Shown: positions 9,617 through 19,001, numbered from the stretch's first letter. The stretch is 52,489 bases of DNA from a virus (IMGVR_UViG_3300018466_000002:1-52489), one strand, 5' to 3'. The notes: generated by a model not told the origin, from the letters alone. Made by a program: numbers and translations.

Positions 9617-10012
9617 ATGGATGAACGCCGCGACGTAGATACGCTGGGCCGACGCGACTCTGACCGCAAGCCGGGCGCGTTCTCAGACCCGCGCTTCGTT
9701 CTGCAGATCATGGCGCTGGTCATCTCCGTCACGACCGGCTTGCTCGTTTCGTGGATGGTGTCGCAGACGCGGACTACGGCGCTCGAATCGGCTGCCGCGA
9801 ACCTGAACGAGAAGGCGGCGCGGCTGGAGGCGCAGGTTGCGCCGCTCGTGTCTTCCGTTCAGGCCAACACCGTCGAGACGCGAACGCTGCAGGCCGAGGT
9901 GCAGGCGCGTGGCCGCGAGGTGCAGGACTTGAAAGAAGCGAACCGGATGCATGAAGCGCGTATCATCACGCTTGAGCGCGGGCTGGCGCGAGTCGAAGCC
10001 CGCGGAAACTGA
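9617..10012 (+). CDS. Single-pass membrane protein with coiled coil (possible lysis-related)
   Basis: Hydrophobic VLQIMALVISVTTGLLVSWMV followed by heptad repeats; start uncertain. Confidence 0.55.
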   Translation: MDERRDVDTLGRRDSDRKPGAFSDPRFVLQIMALVISVTTGLLVSWMVSQTRTTALESAAANLNEKAARLEAQVAPLVSSVQANTVETRTLQAEVQARGREVQDLKEANRMHEARIITLERGLARVEARGN

Positions 10013-10065
10013 GGAGGTGTCCCATTTGCCCGCCCTGCAAGATCCTTCTTGATAACCCCGGAGTC

Positions 10066-10440
10066 ATGGCCGCATCGGCCAACCTCCTAGCCGACACGGT
10101 CGGCGCTGGCCATGCGCTCTACGCGCCCGCCCGCTACCTCGCGCACATCGCGGCGTGGGGTGCGGCCGCCATCCTCTACGGCATCACCACCGACGCGATC
10201 GGCGAGGAGCAGCAGGACGAAGCGCACGCGTGGTCCGAGCTGAACTGCCACCGCGCCGCTGAAATCCGCGCCCTGGCGAACTCCATCGCGCAGGAGCAGG
10301 CGCTCGCCCGCGACACGTGGCGCTCCCGCCTCCTGACGTGGGCCGAGGAGGACCGCCTGTTCTCCACGCGGCTGATCGGTGGGGAGTACAGCGGCGCGTG
10401 GATCGTGGATGGGGTCCAGGGGATCAGGCGGAAGCCGTAG
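10066..10440 (+). CDS. Hypothetical protein
   Basis: 124-aa ORF with phage-like codon usage. Confidence 0.5.
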   Translation: MAASANLLADTVGAGHALYAPARYLAHIAAWGAAAILYGITTDAIGEEQQDEAHAWSELNCHRAAEIRALANSIAQEQALARDTWRSRLLTWAEEDRLFSTRLIGGEYSGAWIVDGVQGIRRKP

Positions 10441-10444
10441 GGGC

Positions 10445-10786
10445 ATGCCCGACCGCCGCGAAACGCCCGACCCTCCAGCCGCGGGTGCTGAGACTGGCCC
10501 CGAGCGGGCCATCGCCCCGACCACGACAACGCAGCAGGATCTCACGACGAAAGGTCAGCGGCGCGTAAATCTGATTTGGGAAATCACGCAGGCCATCATC
10601 GCCATCATCGTCACTGTCTCCACGATGGCGGTGGCGGTTCGCCGTTCGTGGAGCATCGACGAGTACCCGGTCATCCTGAGTTCCGCCTTCTTCCTCATCA
10701 TCGGGTTCTACTTCAGCCGCACCAATCACACGGCCATCGGCGGGACCGGGACGAAGCCGACCATGCCGCCGTACCAAGGCCGCTAG
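10445..10786 (+). CDS. Two-TM membrane protein (holin-like)
   Basis: Two hydrophobic segments (AIIAIIVTVSTMAVAV; VILSSAFFLIIGFYF). Confidence 0.5.
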   Translation: MPDRRETPDPPAAGAETGPERAIAPTTTTQQDLTTKGQRRVNLIWEITQAIIAIIVTVSTMAVAVRRSWSIDEYPVILSSAFFLIIGFYFSRTNHTAIGGTGTKPTMPPYQGR

Positions 10787-11139
10787 CCGGCACCGCCGCC
10801 GCGTCGCCGCTCCTGCATTGCCAGCAGCAGCTCGTACCGTTCGTCGTTCTTCGCGTTGATCTCTTCTTGGCGCCCCTTGTCCATGAACGACATCGCCCGC
10901 GCAGTGACAACGTTGTGCGCCACCTTGGTTGCAACCGCGTTCATCTGCTCTTCGGCGTCGCGCCGGATCGTTCGGCGCAGGTTCAGGTAGCCGATTCCGA
11001 TCCCTAGCCACGTAGCCGCCAGCCCGATCATCGCGCCGGGGGTGATGCCGCCGACGCCGCTGGCCGGCGCCACGCCCTGCGCCACGAGCAGCGGCGCCGC
11101 CGTGCCGACCGTGAGCAGAACGACTGCCAGCACCTTCAT
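10783..11139 (-). CDS. Membrane protein with signal-like N-terminus
   Basis: MKVLAVVLLTVGTAAPLLVA plus a second TM; TACTCT-N6-ATG promoter. Confidence 0.55.
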   Translation of the reverse strand: MKVLAVVLLTVGTAAPLLVAQGVAPASGVGGITPGAMIGLAATWLGIGIGYLNLRRTIRRDAEEQMNAVATKVAHNVVTARAMSFMDKGRQEEINAKNDERYELLLAMQERRRGGGAG

Positions 11140-11180
11140 CGAGAGAGAGTACGATATCCCCACGAAAAGGAGTCGCACAC

Positions 11181-11678
11181 ATGGGAAACGCTTTCGCTCT
11201 CATCCTCAAGTACGGGCAGTATTTGAAGTTCCTTCCCCTCCTGGTCGCGCTCGTGCGCTTCATCCGGGAGGCTCAGCAGAAGTTCCGGGACGCGGCAACC
11301 GGCGCCGACAAGGCGGCATGGGTCCAGTCTCAATTCTCGATGCTGGTCGACCTCTGCGTGTCGGTGGGGCTGATCGGCGAGGACTTCGCGAAGACGCTGC
11401 GCGACGGCTCGCTGCAGATCATCTCCATGTTCGTGCAGGGCATCAAGGAAGTGCACGGGACGGTGCCGCCGCTGGAGGGGGACCCGACTTCCGCGCCGGC
11501 TTCCGCCACCGGCTTCCGGTATGAGAAGGTGATGGACACGGAGCCGGACCGCTCGCTCCTGAAGACCGGGGACACCATCGCGCAGCACGGCACGGATCAG
11601 CGCTGGATCGTGCGTCAGGGTGGGGTGGGGATCGGTGCGCTGCCGGCGCCGTGGCACGTCATCGAGACGATCGATTAG
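11181..11678 (+). CDS. Hypothetical membrane-associated protein
   Basis: SD AAGGAG; hydrophobic N-terminus. Confidence 0.6.
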   Translation: MGNAFALILKYGQYLKFLPLLVALVRFIREAQQKFRDAATGADKAAWVQSQFSMLVDLCVSVGLIGEDFAKTLRDGSLQIISMFVQGIKEVHGTVPPLEGDPTSAPASATGFRYEKVMDTEPDRSLLKTGDTIAQHGTDQRWIVRQGGVGIGALPAPWHVIETID

Positions 11679-12996
11679 GTTCGGCGGGGCGGGCGTGCAT
11701 CGCGACGTGCTCCCGCTCCCGCTGTTCCACGATGGTCAACGTCCGCGCGTAGTCGTACACGCCGCACGCCGAGCATTCCAATTCGTACCCGACGAATGCG
11801 TGAGTGAGGTCTACCGCGGACCCATCCCGCAGCAGGTTCGGGAACATGTCGGCGAGGCTCACCTTTTGTCCCTTCACGACTCACCCGTGATGTGTTCCTC
11901 GTGCTGTGCCATCTGGTCGTACAGCGCCTTCGCTGCGGCGGCGCGTTGGCGCGTGAGCCGGTCACCGAGTTCCTTCGCGTCCACTACCTCGGCGCTACCG
12001 AGTCGCCCACCGAGCGCGCGCAGAACAAGGCGCGTGTCCGCGGGATCCAGATCAAAACTCCACGATGCCTTCAGGTTCACGCTGCTCATCGCGCATCCCT
12101 CCTTCCGTGCTCACTCTCGATCTCGCACACACACGCCCCGCACAACGGGTGCTGACCGGTCACGCGGAACACGGGCAGACGCTCGGCCCCTTGCCGGCGC
12201 GTTTGCTTCCCGCAGTACCCGAGCAACCAAAGACTTTCCACCTTGACGGCGTGCGCCAGACCGTCTGCGATGAATCCGGATTTCGGTTTCATGCTTTCGT
12301 CGCCTCATATACGGCTGACCGGAATGCGCGGCGAACAGGCGTGAGGCTCATCCACCATGGCCACGCATTGATGTGAGCAACGTTGCCGGTGCCGTCGTTC
12401 CACATGTCTCCGATACGGTGCGCCGCGATGAAGCCCACGCGTGGGCTGCGGAACACCAGCACCTGTTTGCCCTCGATAGGTTTTCGTTGCGCGACATGGC
12501 GAAAGCGCATGCGATCCTTCGGCGTCACCGTTCCGCCCCCGCATCCTCTGCATCCGCGTCGTAGTCCGACCCGCGCGAACGTGCGCGGTCCATCGTTTCC
12601 TGTTCCTCCCGAGTAGGTTCGCCCTGTCGCGCTTCGTCGAGTTCCTGAAATCGGCTCTTCATCGGCACACCGTCCAGATGATGTATCCGCCCGCGGCGTA
12701 GCTCATCAAGTAGATGGCTATCGCGAACCGCCGGAGCGCCGCCGATGCTTCTTCGTCGTTGATGTCCTTCATGATTTCGCCTCCGGTTCCGTCGTGAATG
12801 TGAACGTCTGGCCGGGGCATCTCCGGCACTTCAGATCGTGCGTCCGTCCGTCGCGGCGACACTCACGCGAGACCATGGCCAGGTGCTCGCTATGCTGCAC
12901 GAGGTAGACGTTCAGCGCCATCTGCTGGAGCGGGTCCAGATCGTATGCGCCGGTCAGGACCTCCACGGCGACCACCACCGGTGTTTGCATTTCCAT
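11659..12996 (-). other. Reverse operon of seven small coupled hypothetical genes (12769-12996, 12659-12772, 12525-12662, 12289-12528, 12086-12292, 11874-12089, 11659-11877)
   Basis: Consecutive ATGA/GTGA start-stop overlaps; TAGCAT-N6-ATG promoter at 12996; CxxC motifs in some. Confidence 0.65.
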
Positions 12997-13003
12997 GGAC
13001 CCA

Positions 13004-13022
13004 TGCTACACTACGTCACATG
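13004..13022 (+). promoter_or_regulatory. Conserved promoter/operator element overlapping a divergent promoter
   Basis: TGCTACACT-ACGTCAC-ATG(13020); opposite strand TAGCAT-N6-ATG(12996). Confidence 0.7.
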
Positions 13023-13316
13023 AAAAGACAAGCGCTTCCTGTCCTTCGGGATTTCTGCTTCCGGCCCCGGCCGAAGCATGCCGATCTTGAACCGCTCCCG
13101 CATGCGATCTATCTCACGCTGAAGGATGCACGCGGGATCTTCGTGAAGGGCGGATTCACGGCTGCGGCAATCCGTTCATCCCTCGTCCGTGGCAACGTGG
13201 CCCTCGCTGCGTCCATCACGGAAGCGCACGTCCTGACCAACCTCCTGAAGCTGAAGGGACTCGGACTCGCTGAGCAGTTGGCGAGTGCGCCGGATCGGTG
13301 GCGGGTGAAGCGGTGA
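13020..13316 (+). CDS. Hypothetical protein
   Basis: Leaderless start at the conserved element. Confidence 0.55.
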   Translation: MKRQALPVLRDFCFRPRPKHADLEPLPHAIYLTLKDARGIFVKGGFTAAAIRSSLVRGNVALAASITEAHVLTNLLKLKGLGLAEQLASAPDRWRVKR

Positions 13317-13537
13317 GCGCCCCTCGGAAGATCAACCGCACATATCGCATCCTGTCGGCAGACAACATGGCCGAACTTGAAGAGGATGTGAACGCGCATC
13401 TCGCAGACGGCTGGCGGTGCTGCGGCGGCGTGTCTCTGGCCGCAGCGACGTACGAAGTGGAGCGGAAGGGCTATTCCGAAACGGCGTACACTTTCCTTCA
13501 GGCCGTCACGCTCGCGACCGCAGAGGAGGATGCATGA
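13313..13537 (+). CDS. DUF1737-like small protein
   Basis: YRILSADN..LEEDVNAHLADGW..GGVS..FLQAV pattern. Confidence 0.55.
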   Translation: MSAPRKINRTYRILSADNMAELEEDVNAHLADGWRCCGGVSLAAATYEVERKGYSETAYTFLQAVTLATAEEDA

Positions 13538-14049
13538 TCTACCGCATCGTAAACCTCGCCGAAGTCGAGCAGGGCATCCGTGAGGCGGCGGAGGAGCGGG
13601 CGTTGCGCGGCATCCTCGTCTCCATGTTGTCCGCGCACGGGTCGAACGTTGCCCGCGAAGTGGTGGAGCGCGATGCGGAGATCGCGCCCAACCCCAACCG
13701 CTCGCCATCACCACCGCATCCATTGCGTCACGGCATGTTCGCGCGCTACCGGCCGGCCGTACGCAACCCGGTGAAGTGGCAACTGCTCCCGCCGTTCGAA
13801 CGCGACCGCCTCTCCCTCCTCGCCACTTCGCACCTTGCGCGCGCACTCAGTGCGGAACGTGGGCGCATGCTCGACAACTTCATCGAAGGGCGCGCAGAGG
13901 CTCTGACCTGCCACACCTGCGGTGAGAATTCCGCCGCGGTCGTTCACCAACTCTTCAGCGAGACGGATCACGAATTTGTCTGCCCGCATGGGGTGGCGTG
14001 CGCCGTGGCCACCGACTGCATCATGGACCATCCGGACCTGCCCGTGTGA
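13534..14049 (+). CDS. Hypothetical protein with C-terminal Cys cluster
   Basis: SD GAGGAGG, ATGA coupling. Confidence 0.55.
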   Translation: MIYRIVNLAEVEQGIREAAEERALRGILVSMLSAHGSNVAREVVERDAEIAPNPNRSPSPPHPLRHGMFARYRPAVRNPVKWQLLPPFERDRLSLLATSHLARALSAERGRMLDNFIEGRAEALTCHTCGENSAAVVHQLFSETDHEFVCPHGVACAVATDCIMDHPDLPV

Positions 14050-14095
14050 CGCACGGTTGCGCAGTGTCACGTACCGTAGTACCCTGTCAGTCATG
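14046..14095 (+). promoter_or_regulatory. Array of five boxes at 10-bp period with leaderless promoter
   Basis: GTGAC/GTTGC/GTCAC/GTAGT/GTCAG at 14046, 14056, 14066, 14076, 14086; TACCCT-N7-ATG(14093). Confidence 0.6.
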
Positions 14096-14518
14096 AGCAC
14101 CGAACCCGAGAAGGTCAAGACGTTGACATTGGTCAAGCAGTTGACCAACAACATGAAGATGATTGCCGCCCTGCCGCGCAACCAGCATCCTGAGAAGCGC
14201 TTCGCTGAACTGACGCGTGATCCCGATGAGAAGGCCAGCGACTACCGCGAGCGCGCGCTGAAGGTGATCGGCAAGTGGTGGGGGTACGCGCCGACCACCG
14301 TCCGCATGACCGAGGAGGGCCACCGCTTCGGGCAGGAGTGCCCCGAACTGCTCGACGACTTGGAACGCTACGGCGCGGTTGAATTCGAGACCGTGAACAA
14401 GCGCACGAGACTCGTCAAAGAGAGCATCGGCCGAGGCCCCAAGGCGACCGAGTACATGCGGGCCGTGTCCACCATCCGCAAGACGGCGCGACCCTCGCGC
14501 CCCGCCGCATCCACGTAG
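14093..14518 (+). CDS. Hypothetical protein (monocistronic; possible regulator)
   Basis: Own promoter and downstream terminator; basic. Confidence 0.6.
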   Translation: MSTEPEKVKTLTLVKQLTNNMKMIAALPRNQHPEKRFAELTRDPDEKASDYRERALKVIGKWWGYAPTTVRMTEEGHRFGQECPELLDDLERYGAVEFETVNKRTRLVKESIGRGPKATEYMRAVSTIRKTARPSRPAAST

Positions 14519-14544
14519 CACCCGCATCCTGCCTCGGACCCCTG

Positions 14545-14578
14545 CGCGACCGTGAGCACACCGGTCGCGCTTTTCTTT
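14545..14578 (+). terminator. Intrinsic terminator
   Basis: GCGCGACCG-loop-CGGTCGCGC then TTTTCTTT. Confidence 0.75.
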
Positions 14579-14596
14579 GCCTGCTCGTACCGCGCC

Positions 14597-14614
14597 GTGT
14601 TACACTCCGTCGCA
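14597..14614 (+). promoter_or_regulatory. Conserved promoter/operator element for the recombination operon
   Basis: GTGTTACACTCCGTCGCA then GGAGG SD, ATG 14629. Confidence 0.7.
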
Positions 14615-14628
14615 CGGAGGATTCACGA

Positions 14629-14991
14629 ATGGCAAGACGAACGAAAGCCCGCAATCAAGAGAACATGTTCCCGCAGAAGCGCATCCCGGCGATCGAGCGT
14701 TGGATCATCAAAGCGGATGAGAAGCGCACGATGGTGGCAACGCTCAAGGATGAACTGAAGAACGCCGAGTTCAAGCTGAAGGAGGCGATTCACGCCAACG
14801 AGGCGGACGTGGCGCGGGAGGCGACCGACGACGGCGGGACCGTGCTCAAGTACGAGCGCGGGACGTACAAGGCGGAGGCGAAGCGCGGCAAAGAGACCGT
14901 CAATTACACGCGCGGCGGCGAGGCAAAGAGCGAGACGGACGTGCCGGAAGAGTCCGACCGCGACGAAGCAGAAGACGAAGGCGGCGAGTGA
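14629..14991 (+). CDS. Hypothetical protein with acidic tail
   Basis: SD GGAGG; coupled to the ERF gene. Confidence 0.65.
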   Translation: MARRTKARNQENMFPQKRIPAIERWIIKADEKRTMVATLKDELKNAEFKLKEAIHANEADVAREATDDGGTVLKYERGTYKAEAKRGKETVNYTRGGEAKSETDVPEESDRDEAEDEGGE

Positions 14992-15821
14992 TGGCGAACA
15001 CCACCCGCGCCGACTACGACGACGACTTCGATTCGGAGGCTGCCGCAGCGTTCGGCGGTTCTGCCGGCGCGCTCGAAGTCACCAGCGGGGGGCTGCCGCG
15101 CAGCCCCGCCACCGCCCCTCCGAACACGGGCGACGTGGCCGGAATGCTTCAGATGGCGCTGGAGCGGAACCTCCCGGTTGAAACGCTGGAGCGCATGGTG
15201 GCGCTCTACGAACGCGTCTCGGACCGGCAGGCCGCATCAGAGTTCGCCGCGTCCCTCGCCGAGTTTCAGAACGAGTGTCCGCCGATTACGAAGAACAGCA
15301 ATGCTGAGATTGTGACGAAATCGGGTACGAGGTTTTCGTACACCTATGCGGACCTCAGCCAGATTGCGGAGACCGTGCGCCCGTTCCTACATCCGCGCGG
15401 GTTCTCTTATTCGTGGAGCGACTGCGAGGTGAAGGAGAACAGCCTCTCTGTCGTCTGCACGCTACGCCACGTCAACGGACACTCTGCGCGTGCCGCGTTC
15501 ACCTTGCCGGTCGATAACGCGTCTGCGATGAGCGCTCAACAGAAGGTCGGTGCCGCGCTGACGTACGCCAAGCGCATGAGCCTCACGCAAGTTCTCGGCA
15601 TCTCGACTGCCGATCTGGACACGGATAGCGCGAACCCTGAGCCAATCACGGCTGCGCAGCTCAACGAACTGAAGGCGCTCGCGAAGGAGGTCAACGCGAA
15701 CGAGGAGCGCTTTCTCGGCTACCTCGGCGTGAAATCGTGGGACGAGATCCGGAAAGCCGACTTCAGCGCGGCCCGCACTGCGCTCGAATCGAAGCGGCAC
15801 GCGCCGAGGGGGAAGGCATGA
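14991..15821 (+). CDS. erf: ERF-family single-strand annealing protein
   Basis: YTYADL..I..TVRPFL...LRHVNGHS...QKVGAALTYAKRMSL..VLGI..DLDTD. Confidence 0.88.
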   Translation: MANTTRADYDDDFDSEAAAAFGGSAGALEVTSGGLPRSPATAPPNTGDVAGMLQMALERNLPVETLERMVALYERVSDRQAASEFAASLAEFQNECPPITKNSNAEIVTKSGTRFSYTYADLSQIAETVRPFLHPRGFSYSWSDCEVKENSLSVVCTLRHVNGHSARAAFTLPVDNASAMSAQQKVGAALTYAKRMSLTQVLGISTADLDTDSANPEPITAAQLNELKALAKEVNANEERFLGYLGVKSWDEIRKADFSAARTALESKRHAPRGKA

Positions 15822-15986
15822 CGGAGCGTTGGCGTCCCTGCTTCAACGGCGCGTATTCGGTATCAAGCAAGGGGCCGCGAAGCTCGCGCCAGCGGGACGC
15901 CCCTGAAAGACATAGCTGCGCTTTACGCCATCGCCGTGAGCATGGTTAGCCGAATTGCGAATCGCCGCATTTGGAGGCACCTGTGA
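15818..15986 (+). pseudogene. NUMOD4/HNH endonuclease remnant with nuclease core missing
   Basis: ERWRPCFNGAYSVSSKG (NUMOD4-like start) joined out of frame to an HTH-like tail LKDIAALYAIAVSMVSRIANRRIWRHL-stop. Confidence 0.65.
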
Positions 15987-16717
15987 TCGTGTTGAATGTA
16001 GAACAGGGTAGCGACGCGTGGCGCACCGCAAGGCTCGGAGTGCCGACCGCAAGTGAGTTCCATAGAATCTTGACCCCGCGTACGGGCAAGTTGAGCGCCG
16101 CGGCGGATGGGTACATGGCCGAGCTTCTCGCCGAGGAGATGCTCGGCCACGCGCTCGACGAAGGGGACTCGCAGTTCATGACGCGGGGCACGGCGATGGA
16201 GCGGGACGCCGTGCGGTTCTACGAGTTCAACCAGGACACCTCGACGGAGCGTGTAGGCTTCCTGATGGACGACGGCGGGAACGTCGGGTGCAGCCCTGAC
16301 CGTCTCGTCGGCGACAAAGGCGGGCTCGAAATTAAGTGCCCGTCCGCTGCGGTGCATGTCTCCTACATGCTCGGCGCCGACGCGGACAAGTTCCGGTGTC
16401 AGGTGCAGGGCGCGCTCTGGATCACGGGCCGCGCGTGGTGGGATTGGCTCTCGTTCAACCCCGAGCTGCCGCCCGTCATGATTCGATTCGAACGTGACGA
16501 GGAGTTCATCACGAAGTTGTCCACCGCCGTCCTGCAGTTCGTGAATTACATGGACGAGGCCCGCGAGCGGCTGATCGGGAAGGGCCACATGTCGCAGGCG
16601 GTGATTGATGCGCGCGCGACGCGGCGGGCGGATCTCAGCCTGCCGCCCGCGGCGCTGCCGTTCGGGTTCGCTGAAACGCTGAAGGAACGCGAGGCGATGC
16701 AGAAGGAGGGTGCGTGA
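15983..16717 (+). CDS. YqaJ / lambda-exonuclease family protein
   Basis: VEQGSDAW..ARLG.PTASEF..MTRG..ME..GCSPDRLV..GGLEIKCP..QVQGALWITGR. Confidence 0.9.
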   Translation: MIVLNVEQGSDAWRTARLGVPTASEFHRILTPRTGKLSAAADGYMAELLAEEMLGHALDEGDSQFMTRGTAMERDAVRFYEFNQDTSTERVGFLMDDGGNVGCSPDRLVGDKGGLEIKCPSAAVHVSYMLGADADKFRCQVQGALWITGRAWWDWLSFNPELPPVMIRFERDEEFITKLSTAVLQFVNYMDEARERLIGKGHMSQAVIDARATRRADLSLPPAALPFGFAETLKEREAMQKEGA

Positions 16718-16869
16718 TGCACTCCTTCCGGTTCGAGTTCGACGCTGATGAATTGATTCACGTCGGTGATGATGAGTTGGATGATCTGCTCGACACCGCC
16801 ACGCGCGCGCTTGCCGCGCTGACCGCCGAGCGCGAAGCGCGGAGGATTGCCGTTGCCGAACCCGATTGA
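16717..16869 (+). CDS. Small acidic hypothetical protein (50 aa)
   Basis: SD AAGGAGG, TGATG coupling; below the ORF-track cutoff. Confidence 0.5.
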   Translation: MHSFRFEFDADELIHVGDDELDDLLDTATRALAALTAEREARRIAVAEPD

Positions 16870-17308
16870 GTTCACCATTCCGGGCGTCCCTGTCCCCAAG
16901 GGGCGCCCGCGCGGCCGGATGATCGGCAAGGGTCCGATGGCGCGCGTTCAAATCTACACGCCGCCCGAGACGCAAGCGGCGGAGTCGAACTTTCTCATGC
17001 GCGCGAAGAAGCACCGCCCGCCGCACATGCTCGACGGGCCGTTGCGCGTGGACATCCTTTTCGTTGTGCCGGCGCCCGCCAGCCTGCATGGCGATCGTTC
17101 GCGCAAGTGGCCCGAGGTGCGGCCCGACATCGACAACTATTCGAAGCTCGTGCTGGACGCGCTGAACGGCATCTTCTGGCACGACGACGGGCAGGTGTGC
17201 GCCTCCAGCGTCGTGAAGGTCTACGGCCATCCGCCGCGCACTGAGGTGCGGATCACGAAGCTGTCCGACGTTGACGAGGCACAACACGCGCTGTGGGAGG
17301 GACGATGA
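16847..17308 (+). CDS. rusA: RusA-family Holliday junction resolvase
   Basis: IPGVPVPKGRPR...RPDIDNYSKLVLDALNGIFWHDDGQV. Confidence 0.9.
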   Translation: MPLPNPIEFTIPGVPVPKGRPRGRMIGKGPMARVQIYTPPETQAAESNFLMRAKKHRPPHMLDGPLRVDILFVVPAPASLHGDRSRKWPEVRPDIDNYSKLVLDALNGIFWHDDGQVCASSVVKVYGHPPRTEVRITKLSDVDEAQHALWEGR

Positions 17309-17652
17309 AAACTACTTTCATGATCGCCATGACGGACGGCCCGCGCGAAGTCTTCGGCTTCGTCGACGGGTTCTTCGGGATCGACGAGCGCACTCCCGGC
17401 GTGTGGTGCGTCACGCACATCCGTACGGGGAACAACCTGTCTCGGATGGCGGCGCCGACGCTTGACGCTGCGAGGGAAGCTGTCGCGATCCTGAACGATC
17501 ATCCCGACATCTGGAACAACGGGCGCTTCGGTCGGGAGTACTCGGCTGTGTCGCGCTTGAAGTGGCTGCGCGAGATGCGCAAGTTCGCGCAGTCGCCGGA
17601 GGGGCGGCGCGTGAAGACGTTGCTGCCGCTGCAGATCGCGGAGGGCGAATGA
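17305..17652 (+). CDS. Hypothetical protein
   Basis: SD GGAGG, ATGA coupling. Confidence 0.6.
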   Translation: MKTTFMIAMTDGPREVFGFVDGFFGIDERTPGVWCVTHIRTGNNLSRMAAPTLDAAREAVAILNDHPDIWNNGRFGREYSAVSRLKWLREMRKFAQSPEGRRVKTLLPLQIAEGE

Positions 17653-17990
17653 TCCTTGCCTTCCTCTGCGGTTTTGGCACCTGCGCCCTCCTCGTCTTCG
17701 CCTACGAGGCATGGACCTCGCGCCCCCGGCGCTTCGTGCAGCGTGGCAACTACCGGGACGCCCGCTCACCCTTCAGGATCGAATCGCGCGGCCCTGAGCC
17801 CGTCGTGGAGCGGCCGGAGACGCTGATTGCGCGGGAGGCGCGGAGGGCGATCGGCCGCGGCGAAGCACTCCCTCCGTACGAGGAGTTCGAACGCCTCCTG
17901 AATGCAGCCGTTCAACACCACGGTACGCCAGACGACATACCCGCATGGGCTGATCGTCTAGCGCACGAGGTGGGCAAGATGAACGACTAA
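17649..17990 (+). CDS. Hypothetical membrane-anchored protein
   Basis: Hydrophobic N-terminus; ATGA coupling. Confidence 0.55.
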   Translation: MILAFLCGFGTCALLVFAYEAWTSRPRRFVQRGNYRDARSPFRIESRGPEPVVERPETLIAREARRAIGRGEALPPYEEFERLLNAAVQHHGTPDDIPAWADRLAHEVGKMND

Positions 17991-18047
17991 CTGCGGCTAC
18001 GCGATTCGCCACGTTCCGCGTTACAATGTGGCATCGGAGCGTGACAA

Positions 18048-19001
18048 ATGGAATTTGCAGTCTTCTCCCGCCGCATCCTCACGGGCACAGTTTCGGACCT
18101 CCCTCCCGCTGTTCGCATTGCATGGATCACCGTCCTTTTCGAGGCTGAAAAGCTGCGCGGAAAGGTGAAGCTGCCGGTGCGCGATCTCGCCAAGATGGCA
18201 TCCATCAGCACGCCTGAAGCTGCTGAGGCGCTTCGGGTTTTTCAGGAGCCTGACCCCTACTCAAGCACGAAGGAACACGAGGGGCGCCGCCTCCTCCCGG
18301 TTGACGGCGAAGAGGACTGGTACATCGTCGCGACGTGGGAAAAGCATGCCGAAGAACGCGCCCTTTTCTTCGCCCGCTTGCGCCAGCAACGGTCCCGTGC
18401 TCGTAACGCTGCGTCACGTCCAGTAACGGAGAGTAACGGTGCGTCACGCTCTGTCACGAAGGAACCGGAACCGGAACCAACTCCGGAACTAAGAGAGAAG
18501 AAACCAGAGAGCACATTCGCGGGCGCGCGCGAGGGGATCTCGGGACCGAAAGAGGAGCCGAAGTCCGATGCTGTGCCAGTCCCGGACTTCGACGCGGTGA
18601 AGGGGGTCGACGACAAGCTTGCGGCGTCCGCGCTGAAGGTGCCGCCACCGCATCAGGTGACCGCCGCATGGGTGAGCGACTACGGCGAGGAGTTGATCGT
18701 CGAGACGCTGGCCGATTGCGAAGACCAGTACAAGGGCAAGCACTTCAAGTATCTGGAGTCGATCCTGACGAACAGGCGAGACAATCCTGATCAGCGACCG
18801 GGCAACAGGCGAGCACGGAGGACCGATGGTGAAAACGGAAGAGGACGAGGAACAGGCCGCGCTCGAAGCGATGCAGGAGAGGCTCCGCCAGTTGCGCGAA
18901 ACCCTCTCGGAGACTTCGGCATGCGCGACGGGCGAGACGTTATCCGCGAACTTAAGGCCAAACGGGAACTGCAGGAAATGCAAAACAAGCCTTCCTCCTG
19001 A
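18048..19001 (+). CDS. Replication initiator (lambda O-like organisation, DnaD-like C-terminus)
   Basis: N-terminal HTH-like region, RQQRSRAR linker, internal iterons, EPEPEP, FKYLESILTN; precedes a DnaC-like gene. Confidence 0.72.
   Translation: MEFAVFSRRILTGTVSDLPPAVRIAWITVLFEAEKLRGKVKLPVRDLAKMASISTPEAAEALRVFQEPDPYSSTKEHEGRRLLPVDGEEDWYIVATWEKHAEERALFFARLRQQRSRARNAASRPVTESNGASRSVTKEPEPEPTPELREKKPESTFAGAREGISGPKEEPKSDAVPVPDFDAVKGVDDKLAASALKVPPPHQVTAAWVSDYGEELIVETLADCEDQYKGKHFKYLESILTNRRDNPDQRPGNRRARRTDGENGRGRGTGRARSDAGEAPPVARNPLGDFGMRDGRDVIRELKAKRELQEMQNKPSS
18403..18458 (+). repeat. Replication-origin iterons: six GT(A/C)ACG at exact 10-bp spacing
   Basis: Copies at 18403, 18413, 18423, 18433, 18443, 18453; followed by GGAACC repeats and a purine-rich tract. 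Confidence 0.75.

Noticed and set aside
18461-18490. GGAACC repeats as a separate element
   Set aside because: They encode the EPEPEP linker typical of phage initiators; treated as part of the origin region
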